Shown: positions 9,094 through 20,067, counted from the first letter of the stretch. The stretch is 64,000 nt of DNA from Candidatus Parcubacteria bacterium (GCA_026004495.1 BPJG01000001.1:208750-272749), one strand, 5' to 3'. The notes: generated by a model not told the origin, from the sequence alone. Made by a program: numbers and translations.

Positions 9094-10671
9094 ATGAATT
9101 TAATGATAGTTGAATCACCTAAAAAAGCAAAAACTATAAAAAAATTTTTAGGCAAAGATTTTACAGTTATAGCTTCCTTTGGTCATATTTTAGATTTACC
9201 TTCAAAAAAATTTGGCCTTTATTTAAAAAATAATAAATTGGAATACACTTACCAAATAATAAATTGGAAATTCATTAAAAAATTAAAATCACTTATAAAT
9301 AAATTTCAGGAAATATATTTAGCTACTGATCCTGATCGTGAAGGTGAATTTATAGCTTGGAGCATTAGTAAATATTTAGGAAATAAAAAATTCTATCGAA
9401 TTCGTTTTTACGAAATTACCTCATCGACAATTTTAAATTCATTAAAAAATAAAGATAAGATAAACAATAATCTTGTGGCTAGCCAAAAAGGTAGAAGATT
9501 TTTAGATAGAATTGTTGGTTATACAATTTCACCTATTTTATGGAAAAATAAAATTGGTAAATCTGCTGGTCGAGTTCAATCATCAGCCTTAAGATTGATA
9601 GTTGAAAGAGAAGAAGAAATTATAAATTTTAAATCTGAAAAATATTATCATTTGGAAATAGTCTTTTCAAATTTTAAAGCTTATCTTTTAAATGAAAAAA
9701 AGTCGTATCAATTTAGAAGCGACAAAAAAGAATATTTAGAACAGCTCAAAGAAAAATTAAAAAATGAAAAATTTATAATTAAAAAAATAATTAAAACTGA
9801 AAAATTAATTTCTAAACCAACAACTATTGATACTGCCCTTCTTCAAAGAATAGCTTTTTTAAAACATCGCTTCTCCTCTTCCCTAAGTATGTTTTTAGCC
9901 CAATCACTTTATGAAAAAGGATTAATCACTTATCATCGAACCGATAGCTTTAATTTAGCCACAGAATTTTTAGTTAAGATTAAAAATTACCTTAAAGAAG
10001 ACTATGAACCACCTAGAAAAATAAAAAAAACATTTAGTCAAGAAGCACACGAAGCAATTAGGCCAGTTTATTTAAAAAAAGATTTAAATTTAGAAAAAAA
10101 AGAAAAATTACTCTATGAACTAATTTTCAATTACACTCTCTCTGCTTGTAGTAAAAATGCTAAAGTCGAAAAAACCAAATATATTTTAACTCCCCCAAAA
10201 TATCCTCACTTAATCTTTGAAGCTGAAGGTGAGAAATTATTAGTTTTAGGTTTTTTAAAATATTATCCCTTTAAACTGTCATTCAAAGAAATTCCTGAAT
10301 TAAATAAAAATGAAATTTTACAACCGTCAGCTATAAATATTATTGAAAAACAAACCAAACCGCCTAATAGATATACCGAATCAACTTTAATCAAAAAATT
10401 AAAAGAATTAAATATTGGCAGACCCTCAACTTATGCTGAAATCATTAAAACTCTATTTCGAAGAAAATATATTGAAAGATATAAAAATACCCTAAAGCCC
10501 ACAGAATTAGGCAAAAAAGTAATCCATTTTCTTAAAAAAAATTATCCTTCAATTATTGATTTAAAATTTACTATTAAGATGGAGACTGATTTAGATAAAA
10601 TTGCTCAAGGCAAATTAGATTACGAAAAATTTATAATTAATTTTTGGCAAGAATTAAAAAATATTTTATAA
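9094..10671 (+). CDS. topA: Type IA DNA topoisomerase, short form without C-terminal zinc ribbons
   Basis: IVESPKKAKTI, ATDPDREGE, SAGRVQS, ITYHRTDS, AHEAIRP, IGRPSTYA. Confidence 0.95.
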   Translation: MNLMIVESPKKAKTIKKFLGKDFTVIASFGHILDLPSKKFGLYLKNNKLEYTYQIINWKFIKKLKSLINKFQEIYLATDPDREGEFIAWSISKYLGNKKFYRIRFYEITSSTILNSLKNKDKINNNLVASQKGRRFLDRIVGYTISPILWKNKIGKSAGRVQSSALRLIVEREEEIINFKSEKYYHLEIVFSNFKAYLLNEKKSYQFRSDKKEYLEQLKEKLKNEKFIIKKIIKTEKLISKPTTIDTALLQRIAFLKHRFSSSLSMFLAQSLYEKGLITYHRTDSFNLATEFLVKIKNYLKEDYEPPRKIKKTFSQEAHEAIRPVYLKKDLNLEKKEKLLYELIFNYTLSACSKNAKVEKTKYILTPPKYPHLIFEAEGEKLLVLGFLKYYPFKLSFKEIPELNKNEILQPSAINIIEKQTKPPNRYTESTLIKKLKELNIGRPSTYAEIIKTLFRRKYIERYKNTLKPTELGKKVIHFLKKNYPSIIDLKFTIKMETDLDKIAQGKLDYEKFIINFWQELKNIL

Positions 10672-10680
10672 TTTAATCTA

Positions 10681-11034
10681 ATGGTTAGAGTCAAAAGGGG
10701 TAAAATAAAAACTAAAAAAAGAAAGAAAATTTTAAAATTAGCCAAGGGTTACAAGTGGAGTAGAAAATCAAAAGAAAAATTTGCCAAAGAAGCAATTTTG
10801 CATGCTGGCGTAAAAGCTTATCGTGGACGCAAAGAAAAAAAGAGGAATTTTAGAAAATTATGGCAAGTTCAACTTAATGCCTTTCTTAGATCTCGTGGCT
10901 TGAAATATAGTACTTTTATTCATCAATTAAAAGAAAATAATATCATCTTAAATAGAAAAATTTTAGCCGAATTGGCTAATAATTATCCTCAAATTTTAGA
11001 TAATATTATCGAAGAATTAAATTTAAAAAGTTAG
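10681..11034 (+). CDS. rplT: 50S ribosomal protein L20
   Basis: MVRVKRG, AKGY, KKRNFRKLW, LNRKILAELA. Confidence 0.98.
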   Translation: MVRVKRGKIKTKKRKKILKLAKGYKWSRKSKEKFAKEAILHAGVKAYRGRKEKKRNFRKLWQVQLNAFLRSRGLKYSTFIHQLKENNIILNRKILAELANNYPQILDNIIEELNLKS

Positions 11035-14000
11035 CTAAATTATTCTTAAAGGAATCAATTATTTTATTACTAAATCCAAGCTGAGAACATCCCAAGCAAT
11101 CACCTTCATAACTAACCTTTAACAGCCAGCCACCCTTAAGAGCACCATTATAACCCCCAATTAAATAACCAGCATTATCTGCCTCAACAATCGATGAGCC
11201 AAAGCTTATTTCATCTCTACTCTGCCCTCCATAATATTTTACCCAAACTAAATTAAAATTTTTATCAACCTTCATTAACGCTAAAGACCAATCAGAGAAA
11301 TTATTTCCATCTTGCGTTAAGGGTAAATAACCGGTTATCAAAAAATTATTATCGTAATCTAAAATAATATCATTTCCGTAAAAATAATCATTACTAATTA
11401 ATTTTTCTTGAATAACTTCGCCATCATCAGGATTAATTTTTCTTAAAATTAATTTATATCTATTATCATCGGGGTCAAACATATTAGTTAAAGCAATAAT
11501 ATTACCATCATCAGCAAAAATAATCTTTTTAATTGTTTCTCGGCTACCAATTTTTAAAATATATTCTTTTTGCCAACGATAACTAAGATCAGCTTTTACT
11601 TTTACCAAGTAAGATTGATTATTTATTTCTCCACCCGCAAATATAAAAACATTAGTTTGATTTAAGACTGAATTAAATTGACTACTTAAGGCAAAATTAA
11701 TTGAAGAAATGTCCTTTAAAGTAGTAGAAGTAATTAACCAAATTTTTCCATAATTATTATTTGTTCTACCAACAACTATATAATTTATACCATCATAAGT
11801 TATATCACTAAAATAAGATGAATCAAAAGAGTTATCCATAATTAATTTAAGCGAACTATCAAATTGAGCCAAATAACCAGAATTAGCAACAGGATCGTTC
11901 TGATAATAATTACCTAAGGTCACAAAATAATTGCCATCATAAATAACTGATCGAAATTGATGACTAATATAACTTGGATCCATTAAACTACTTGAGCTAA
12001 CTATAATATTACCATTAATATCAAATTTGGCTATCCAGAAAGATGAAGTATTAATAAGTAAATCTTCACCAACAGCAACATAACCATCATCTGCTCTAAT
12101 TAACTTATTAATTTTTTTATTTTTGCCAATATTTTTTGAAAAATAATTATCGCATTGATTGACTAAAATCTTTTGATTTGGCTTGATAACCCTTGAAGTT
12201 AAAGATAGAGGTGTACTAGTAAGGTTGTAATTAGATGTACTAAAGCTTGAAATATCTGAAACAGGGGACGAAATTGTACTAAAGCTAAAAATATTAGTGG
12301 TCGTTATGTTATAAAGATTATTTTTAAGATAAAATAAATTTTTATCAGAAACAAATCTAATTAAATTGAAATAATACTTTGTTATAAATCCAAACCAAAA
12401 CTCTTCAGGCTTTAAATCATCTCCGAATGCTTCTATTATTTTAGTTATTTTTTTTAAATAAGCAATAAAAGGACTATCATCGATAAAACTACCAATTAAT
12501 AAATAACTATTATCATCTAATTGTAAAAAATTATTAAATACTAATCGATCATTAGAAGATAAAGCAGTTATTTTATATTCAGTTAATTTATCAAAGTTTT
12601 GATTTAATTTAATTAAATAATTTTCGCTACTACTATTGACTACTAACCAAAAATTATTTTTTTTATCCTGAAATATTCTTCTAATATCTATAGTTGAATA
12701 ATCGCCAGTATATTTTTTTATCCAGGCTAAATTACCCTGATAATCAGTTTTTACAAAAATATAACTGGTAGCATTTAAAGATTTATCATACATTGCATTA
12801 AAAAAATATCCTCCATCATTAGTTTGAAAAAGATAATTATTTCTTGGAGAATCCATGCTGAAATAAGAAGAAAATGCTATATTATCATATTGCTTTATCC
12901 ACTCAATTTTATTTTGATTATCAAATTTAGCCAAAAAAGCAGGTGGTACAGCCATATAGCCATAACTTCCTAACAAAATAAAGCCATCATCTTGTGTTTT
13001 ATTGCCAGCATATATTCTTCCAAATGTAATCTGATAATAATAATCTCCACCGCTTAAAATATCTCCGGTTGAACTTGAAATTTCAACTAATTGAAAGCCA
13101 GAATAATATCCTATGTTTCTGATTAGATTTATATTGCCTGAAAAATTATTATTAATAAATACCAATTTTTGGACAGCACTACAATCACTACCACTACAAT
13201 AAAGTCTTGACCATTGGGGATTAAAATCTTTATCAGTTTTTATTAGAATAGATTTATCGCTTAGATTATAACCTAAAACATAGCTTTCATCAGGTAATTG
13301 ATGAATGTAATTTAAATCGAGAGGAGATGAAGTATTTAAATAAATTGTTTTGATAAATTTAGGATTGCCGAATTTATCTAAAAAAATAGCTAGAAACGAC
13401 GAAGTGTTAGATGATAAATAATTATTACCAATAACTAAATAATCACCAGCTTTATTTCGAAAAACATAATTTCTAGTTGGATAAAAATTAAATAATTTAT
13501 TCCAACAAATATCCTGGCCCATTAGATTACCATAATTTATACCGAAGTTTAATTTCAAAGCTTGACAAGAACTTAGAGTAGTAGTTCCATAAATAATTGA
13601 TCCTGAGGTGCCAAAAGCAATTAAACATTTATTATTGCCAACCTCTAAAATCTCTTCATCACTACCACCATCAGTTAAAGCGGAAAATTGATTTTTTGTT
13701 TCTTTAAATACTCTTGATTCTAAATTAGCATTAACTTCAAATTGTCGAGCATCGCGCCTAAAAACATAAAGATAAAAATAATTTTTAATTGGTTGACTAT
13801 TATTAATAATATTTAAGGGATCAACTGGCAATTGGGGCAAAATTTGATTATTTTCATTAAAATTTATTGGCAACCAACCTTCACCATTGGGATTAAAAAC
13901 ATTAGTTGCTGATGAATTTTGTTTAATTTGCCAAAGATTGCCATAAGCATCAGTAATAGTTGAAAAATTAAAGGTTGATTGATCAACTGGAATTGAAATA

Positions 14001-14248
14001 TAAATTGACGAATTATCTTCATCTAAACCAGTTAAATCATATAAAGGACCATCCAAATCAGGATTTTTTGCCAGGTTTAAATAGTTATTAATAGCTATTT
14101 CTAAAGCTTGTAAATCTCTTATTCTTTGTAAATCTCTATTTCTTTTGGCTACTTCAATAGGATTAACTAAATAAACAAACAAAGAGGTTAAAATAGCAAT
14201 CAAAGTTATAATAACTAAAATTTCAATTAAAGTAAAACCTTTTTTCAT
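11006..14248 (-). CDS. Giant modular type IV pilin: pilin domain plus beta-propeller-like repeats (1080 aa)
   Basis: MKKG|FTLIE class III signal, RDLQRIRDL, GWLPINF, LPVDPLN; repeated K-D-xG-N-x-W-x-K-x-Y blades. Confidence 0.85.
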   Translation of the reverse strand: MKKGFTLIEILVIITLIAILTSLFVYLVNPIEVAKRNRDLQRIRDLQALEIAINNYLNLAKNPDLDGPLYDLTGLDEDNSSIYISIPVDQSTFNFSTITDAYGNLWQIKQNSSATNVFNPNGEGWLPINFNENNQILPQLPVDPLNIINNSQPIKNYFYLYVFRRDARQFEVNANLESRVFKETKNQFSALTDGGSDEEILEVGNNKCLIAFGTSGSIIYGTTTLSSCQALKLNFGINYGNLMGQDICWNKLFNFYPTRNYVFRNKAGDYLVIGNNYLSSNTSSFLAIFLDKFGNPKFIKTIYLNTSSPLDLNYIHQLPDESYVLGYNLSDKSILIKTDKDFNPQWSRLYCSGSDCSAVQKLVFINNNFSGNINLIRNIGYYSGFQLVEISSSTGDILSGGDYYYQITFGRIYAGNKTQDDGFILLGSYGYMAVPPAFLAKFDNQNKIEWIKQYDNIAFSSYFSMDSPRNNYLFQTNDGGYFFNAMYDKSLNATSYIFVKTDYQGNLAWIKKYTGDYSTIDIRRIFQDKKNNFWLVVNSSSENYLIKLNQNFDKLTEYKITALSSNDRLVFNNFLQLDDNSYLLIGSFIDDSPFIAYLKKITKIIEAFGDDLKPEEFWFGFITKYYFNLIRFVSDKNLFYLKNNLYNITTTNIFSFSTISSPVSDISSFSTSNYNLTSTPLSLTSRVIKPNQKILVNQCDNYFSKNIGKNKKINKLIRADDGYVAVGEDLLINTSSFWIAKFDINGNIIVSSSSLMDPSYISHQFRSVIYDGNYFVTLGNYYQNDPVANSGYLAQFDSSLKLIMDNSFDSSYFSDITYDGINYIVVGRTNNNYGKIWLITSTTLKDISSINFALSSQFNSVLNQTNVFIFAGGEINNQSYLVKVKADLSYRWQKEYILKIGSRETIKKIIFADDGNIIALTNMFDPDDNRYKLILRKINPDDGEVIQEKLISNDYFYGNDIILDYDNNFLITGYLPLTQDGNNFSDWSLALMKVDKNFNLVWVKYYGGQSRDEISFGSSIVEADNAGYLIGGYNGALKGGWLLKVSYEGDCLGCSQLGFSNKIIDSFKNNLANFLNLILR

Positions 14249-17200
14249 TGATTAATTGTTATTGAATTAATTGTAATTGTAGGAATTTGAGATTCGTCCA
14301 GTCTAGGATCCCATTTAAGAATTATAAACATTTTAGAGCAAATTAGATTCAAATTATACAAACGATTTGATCCTTTTTGTAAATTATATTCTTTATCATC
14401 GCAAATAAATTTATATTCTTTTATTTTATCTTGATTATTATTCGTACTAGCATTAATATCAACAACATTAATAAACTTGGGAGGATCAATTACTTCAATA
14501 TAAATAGCATAATTTCTTGCTTTTTTACCTGTTTCTTTGCTACCCAAGAGGGTACTAGTAAAAGTTTCTCCTATCTCAAAAATTTGATTATCAGTAGTAA
14601 TTTTATAATACTTAAATTTTGCTTGTTTATTATACTTATCACCAACACCATCAATCGGCGTTGATGTTCCTTCACCTATCTCATTAATTGCTGAAATTGT
14701 ATAAGTTGCAGAGGTTGCTAAACTCATTAAATCAATATAATTTAAATTGTCTGGTGAATTGGTAGCAAGTAAAATATAATTACTTGAAGTTGCTCTATAA
14801 ATTCGGTATTCTTTTATTTTACCAAAACCAGCTTTGGAGGAATAATTTTCAATTTTATCAATTACTAACCAAGCACCAAAAGTTCCGGTTTGTCTAATTG
14901 AAAAACTTGGTTGGGGTAGTGTCAGAGCAGTTGTACAAATTTCATTACTTGGTAAACTTTCTCCATTAGGATAATTAGCTTTAACCACATAACAATAACT
15001 TTCGCCAGCTAAAAGATTATTATCAGTAAAAGAAAGAGTAGATGTATTTGTTGTTGCATATGGTGAATTACCATAACTACTTCCTTTAATTTTTCGATAA
15101 ATTGAATAATTTAACAATACGCTTTCACCAGCTGAAGCCCAATTAAGAGTAATAGAATTATTCCCTAAAGTATACCTTACATTTTGAGGCGGCAATTTAA
15201 AATAAAAACCAATAGAGTTATTACCTGAAGTTATTAAGGTACTTTGATTATTTATTGCTTTTATGAGATAGTTATTATTAGGTTTACTTTCGTAATTGTA
15301 ATCAATATAAGAAGTAGCGGTAGTGGTAACAATCTTGATTCCATTCCGATAGACAACATAATAATTAACACCGCTTACACCATTCCAAATTAGTTGAATT
15401 CCTGAATCGGAAGTATAACTAAGATTAGGAGAAATGGTTGACAATACACCCGAAAACAATGCTTGACACTTAACTAAGCTTTTATCACTTTCGCCAATTG
15501 AATTAAGTGCGGTAACATAATAACAATAATTAATTCCTTCACTTACCGAATTATCAGTATAAGAAGTAGCTGTTGTTGCAGCAATAAGAATAAAATTATT
15601 TATCTCATTAGTTGAGGTTGATCTATAAATTTTATAATACTGAATATTCTCACCACCATTATATTGAGGAAGTTGCCATTCAAGTACAATAGATAATGAA
15701 CCAGTCGAAATGCTTAAATCTACAGGAGGTGTTGGTCGTAATTTATCAGATGTTGTTGCTGAACAAAATTCATTGGAAAAATTACTAACAAAGAAAAATA
15801 AATGCAAACCACTTCGATAACAATTTTTACCAGATAAAGGACTAGTATCAGTTGCATAATTGCCAAAAATATTTGTTATGTAATTATAATTATCAGATGA
15901 AGTAGCCCGGTAAATATATACAAGAAAACTAGAAAGACTTCTTAAATAATCCAAAAAATTATCAATAGAGAGATAGTTATAATTAGCACCCGATCTTGAA
16001 AAAAGAGTATATCTTTTATCTATTAAATTAAATTCTGTAAAAAAAGATTTTTTAAATAAATCATTCACATTACAAACATTAGCTAAATTTTCATAATCAG
16101 GTAAAATTTTGGAAACGAAATTTAAACTATAATTTAAAACTTGAATATCGGGTGAATTGATTTTTAAATTCGATGAATAATGGAAAAAATTAGATGATAA
16201 AGCTGATGGACTGATAATATTAATTAAAAATCTTTGTTGGATATTACCTTTGTTAAATATATTAAAGACTGGATCACTACTTGAACTAATATTTAGTGCT
16301 AATTGTCTATAAGAAGATGGACCCGTTGTAAAATAATGAGAATTACCAACTATGAAATAATAATCATTAGAAGATATTTCTAAACCATAAAAATTATCAT
16401 TATTATACCAACCAATATTTTTAGCAAAAATTATCTCGCCTGTTGTCGAATTAATTTTCATTACCAAACCGTCATAATTTAGATTATTATATGAATTTGA
16501 TTTACCGATAATAATATAATTACCATCGTAATCTTTTTTAACCTTATAAAGATAGTCATCACCACCAGCTGAATATCTTTTTTGCCAAAGAATTTGACCT
16601 TGATTATCAATTGCAATAGCAAAAGGGTCGTAATGGTTAGCATCAAATTGACTATAGCCAAAAATTAAATAACCAGAAGAGGAGGTCGCGATTGCCATAC
16701 CAAAATCATTACCACCACTATCATAAATTTTTTGCCAAATTAATTTTCCTTCTCTATCTACTTTAATTAAAATCACATCATAATCTTTTCGAAAAGAATT
16801 GCTATAACCTACAATAATATATCCATTATCATTAGCTTTAATTAATCCTTGACCAACATCATTCTTTAGACCACCAAATGTTTTAAAAACTTTTATTACA
16901 CCATTATTATTAAAAAGCGAAAAAATAATATCGTTATCACCTTGACCAAAACTCGAAGAATAACCAGTAAGAATAATTTCATCGCCATCTAAAATTCCAG
17001 CAAATATTTTTTCATCTTTTTTACCACCAATTTTCTTTGACCAAACAGTATCAAATGTCGTCGAAGATATTCTTACCAACAGACCATCATAATTATTACC
17101 AGATTTTACTTGACCTCCCAAGATGAAATAACTGGATGAAGCAAGAATAAAATTAAAACTACTCTCATTGGTTGTACTTGAAATTTTAATAGCTTGAGGA

Positions 17201-20067
17201 TTGCCTAAAGAATCTAATTGATACAAAACACCATTGTAATTTTGATTATTCCATTCCCAACCAACAGTTAAATATTGATTATTGTTTTTAACAACATCAT
17301 TGAAATTATTATTTTTATTATTAGGAAGATAGATTTTAGCAAAACATTGCGAATTATAACGACCAACTATATTACTCTTAAAACCAAAACCATTTGCATT
17401 TTTAGCCTTAACATAATAGTAAATAGGTGTAGAAGCTGAATTATCTTGGTCAAGGTAGGTTAGTCCTGTTGTTGTAGCAAGTAATTGATAGGTAGATGTT
17501 GGTGTTGATGTTGCTTTATAAAGATAATATTCAGTGGTGGCTGCTCCTTCATCAGATATCGGTGGTTGCCAGTTAAGTTGAGTGTAGCTTTCTTGGGTTT
17601 CCCGAAAGTCCAAAGATAAAGGAAAAAGTGGTGTTGAATTCGGACTACCCATAACATAATTTGAAGGAATAGATTCTAAATCACAAAAATCGCCTGATAT
17701 TTTAGTAACATAATAATAATAATTCTTTCCATTGATTAAACCAGTTCGAGTAAAACTATTTGCTGGAGTTGTTCCAATAAGTTGATATTCATCGCCAGTT
17801 GACTCATAAATTGCAAAGGAGGGCTTAGTATCTTTAGCATCACCATCTTCCCAACTAAGACTAATTTTATTGACTAAAGATTGGAGACTTAAATTATTAG
17901 GAGATATACATTGGGTTCCAGGAGATGAACAATTTCCATAACAACCACTTTCAATATTACTTCTTTTGCTTTCGCCAATTGAATTAACAGCAGTAATATA
18001 GTAATAATAAGTAGTTTTAGAAGCAGTGGATAAATCATTATAGCTAGTAGCAGTAGTCGAAGCAATAAAAATATATTGAGAAGAAGTTGCTCGATAAATA
18101 TTGTAATAACTAACAGCTGAACCTTCATTAGAAAGAGGTGGTTCCCAAGTAAGACGAATACCATTAGCTAACGCTGAAGTCTGAAGTTTGCCGGGTGGTA
18201 TAGGATAACCTCGGGGAGTCGCAGAAACAGTAGTAGCATAATTAGAAACACCAAATTGATTTTTTGCTTGAATAGTATATTCATAAGTTTGTCCGTTAAT
18301 TAAATCTTGATGAGTGAATTGATAGCTATTTGTTGGAATAGCAGGAAATTCAAAAAGATAACGCCAATTATTTTCTCCGCTTAACCTGTAATAAAGTAAA
18401 TAAGAATCAATAACTGAACCACCATCATTGTTGGGATATTGCCAAGATAGGTTTATAGTTTTATTACCTGAAAAAGCTGAAAAATTAATTGGTGGTGAAG
18501 GATTTGTACCAGGGACAATGCATCGTTGTTGGCTAAAATTACTACTACCTACTTTATTAACAGCTTTAATTTTATAGCAATATTTTTGACCATTATTAAG
18601 ATTGGAATGTTGATAAACTAAAATATTATAACTTGTAGTTGCAATCAAGTTATCATTGTCATTATATATTTCATATCTAATTATTTCGCTACCACCATCA
18701 TCATCTGGTTTTAACCAAGTTATTACAATTTGCCCATCTCCAGGACTTAATTTATCAATAATAGGTGGTGAAGAGGTAGCAGTTATTTTAACATACACAG
18801 GTATAGTTATAGTTGAATCAGATTCAACTAAATAAATATTTTGCTTACAATAAAAATCTTGTTTAAATGATTTTAGCATTAAAGTAAATATTAAAGAAGT
18901 AGAAGAATAAGGATTTACGATAAAACTAGTTGGAGTGGAAATAACATAAGAAGGACAAGTCGTAGTTGTCTCTTTATAAAAAAAATCACGTAATTCAACT
19001 GATAGCTTTGAATCACCATTATTATAAATGATCAATTCATGGCTTACAGAGCTATCGGTTGTTTTTGCTTCTAAAATAGCAGTTGGGGGGTTAATTCTAT
19101 ATATTGGCGCGGCCGAAAAATTACAAGTTATATTTATTGAGTATGGATTGACTTTTTTAGGATCATTGTGCCAAATAAATAATATTGTTTCTGTTGTGGT
19201 TGCTGAAGTCAATGATCTACCATCACAAGTTAAAATAAGGGTTGTAGTATTATTGGGAGCAATAACAAAATTATTTTTATTTATTTTAAGCAATGAATTC
19301 TGGTTTGATTGAGTAATTTGATTAATTAATAAATAAGCTGTACCGGTATTATAAATATAAAGATAAGTAGAGGATGATTGAGAAATAGGGGCAGTTAAGA
19401 CTAAGGAGGTGGTATTAGTATTTAAAGACGGAAATGAAAGTTGATATTTACTATAACCATAAATTACTGGTGGAATAATATTTAAATCTGTTCCAACTTC
19501 AAAGGATTCGCTATCACCTCCATCACTTTTGGCAATTTCAATAAATTTAGGACATTCAAATTTAGCATTTAATTCATAAGATTTAGCTGATTTTTTAAAA
19601 GCATAAGAATAAAAATAATTTTTATTAAAAGAATTAATTGGATCTACTGGTAAAAGATTAATTGCTTTTTTTGATAAAGATAAAAAATTTATTGGTAACC
19701 AACCTTGGCCATTAATAAGCGAAGAAAGGGCAGTCGAAGAAGGTTGAATTATTAACCAATTTTTTCCTTCGAAACTAAATGAAGTTGAGGTTGATTCTTT
19801 ATCTTTAGGAATACTTATAAATATTGAGGAGCTTGATTCATCAAATCCAGAATTAGAAAAATAAGGACCATCTAAATCAGGATTATTTGTTTCCGAGAAG
19901 TAATGAGCAATCGCTGAATTTAATGAATTAAGGTCATTTATTCTCTGGGTATCTCGAGAGCATTTGATAATATCTAAAGGTTTAATTAAATTAATAACAA
20001 AAGTTGAAATTATACCCAAAGCTGATAAAACAGCAATTAATTCAATTAAAGTAAAACCTTTTTTCAT
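14245..20067 (-). CDS. Giant modular type IV pilin: pilin, 2 Ig-like, multiple FN3 and beta-propeller domains (1940 aa)
   Basis: MKKG|FTLIE; IYNTGTAYL and IYNNGDSKL Ig repeats; FN3 motifs W..P.DDGGS.I..Y.IY and Y.I.AVN.VG; propeller WQKIYDSGGND repeats. Confidence 0.88.
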   Translation of the reverse strand: MKKGFTLIELIAVLSALGIISTFVINLIKPLDIIKCSRDTQRINDLNSLNSAIAHYFSETNNPDLDGPYFSNSGFDESSSSIFISIPKDKESTSTSFSFEGKNWLIIQPSSTALSSLINGQGWLPINFLSLSKKAINLLPVDPINSFNKNYFYSYAFKKSAKSYELNAKFECPKFIEIAKSDGGDSESFEVGTDLNIIPPVIYGYSKYQLSFPSLNTNTTSLVLTAPISQSSSTYLYIYNTGTAYLLINQITQSNQNSLLKINKNNFVIAPNNTTTLILTCDGRSLTSATTTETILFIWHNDPKKVNPYSINITCNFSAAPIYRINPPTAILEAKTTDSSVSHELIIYNNGDSKLSVELRDFFYKETTTTCPSYVISTPTSFIVNPYSSTSLIFTLMLKSFKQDFYCKQNIYLVESDSTITIPVYVKITATSSPPIIDKLSPGDGQIVITWLKPDDDGGSEIIRYEIYNDNDNLIATTSYNILVYQHSNLNNGQKYCYKIKAVNKVGSSNFSQQRCIVPGTNPSPPINFSAFSGNKTINLSWQYPNNDGGSVIDSYLLYYRLSGENNWRYLFEFPAIPTNSYQFTHQDLINGQTYEYTIQAKNQFGVSNYATTVSATPRGYPIPPGKLQTSALANGIRLTWEPPLSNEGSAVSYYNIYRATSSQYIFIASTTATSYNDLSTASKTTYYYYITAVNSIGESKRSNIESGCYGNCSSPGTQCISPNNLSLQSLVNKISLSWEDGDAKDTKPSFAIYESTGDEYQLIGTTPANSFTRTGLINGKNYYYYVTKISGDFCDLESIPSNYVMGSPNSTPLFPLSLDFRETQESYTQLNWQPPISDEGAATTEYYLYKATSTPTSTYQLLATTTGLTYLDQDNSASTPIYYYVKAKNANGFGFKSNIVGRYNSQCFAKIYLPNNKNNNFNDVVKNNNQYLTVGWEWNNQNYNGVLYQLDSLGNPQAIKISSTTNESSFNFILASSSYFILGGQVKSGNNYDGLLVRISSTTFDTVWSKKIGGKKDEKIFAGILDGDEIILTGYSSSFGQGDNDIIFSLFNNNGVIKVFKTFGGLKNDVGQGLIKANDNGYIIVGYSNSFRKDYDVILIKVDREGKLIWQKIYDSGGNDFGMAIATSSSGYLIFGYSQFDANHYDPFAIAIDNQGQILWQKRYSAGGDDYLYKVKKDYDGNYIIIGKSNSYNNLNYDGLVMKINSTTGEIIFAKNIGWYNNDNFYGLEISSNDYYFIVGNSHYFTTGPSSYRQLALNISSSSDPVFNIFNKGNIQQRFLINIISPSALSSNFFHYSSNLKINSPDIQVLNYSLNFVSKILPDYENLANVCNVNDLFKKSFFTEFNLIDKRYTLFSRSGANYNYLSIDNFLDYLRSLSSFLVYIYRATSSDNYNYITNIFGNYATDTSPLSGKNCYRSGLHLFFFVSNFSNEFCSATTSDKLRPTPPVDLSISTGSLSIVLEWQLPQYNGGENIQYYKIYRSTSTNEINNFILIAATTATSYTDNSVSEGINYCYYVTALNSIGESDKSLVKCQALFSGVLSTISPNLSYTSDSGIQLIWNGVSGVNYYVVYRNGIKIVTTTATSYIDYNYESKPNNNYLIKAINNQSTLITSGNNSIGFYFKLPPQNVRYTLGNNSITLNWASAGESVLLNYSIYRKIKGSSYGNSPYATTNTSTLSFTDNNLLAGESYCYVVKANYPNGESLPSNEICTTALTLPQPSFSIRQTGTFGAWLVIDKIENYSSKAGFGKIKEYRIYRATSSNYILLATNSPDNLNYIDLMSLATSATYTISAINEIGEGTSTPIDGVGDKYNKQAKFKYYKITTDNQIFEIGETFTSTLLGSKETGKKARNYAIYIEVIDPPKFINVVDINASTNNNQDKIKEYKFICDDKEYNLQKGSNRLYNLNLICSKMFIILKWDPRLDESQIPTITINSITINQ

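Noticed and set aside
9094-10671. ITYHRTDS active-site motif suggested reverse gyrase
   Set aside because: No helicase domain, only 525 aa, and the other motifs (SAGRVQSSALRLI, AHEAIRP) are TopA-type
11006-20067. Diversity-generating retroelement or shufflon acting on the pilins
   Set aside because: No reverse transcriptase, recombinase or TR/VR-like near-identical repeat pair seen in the window
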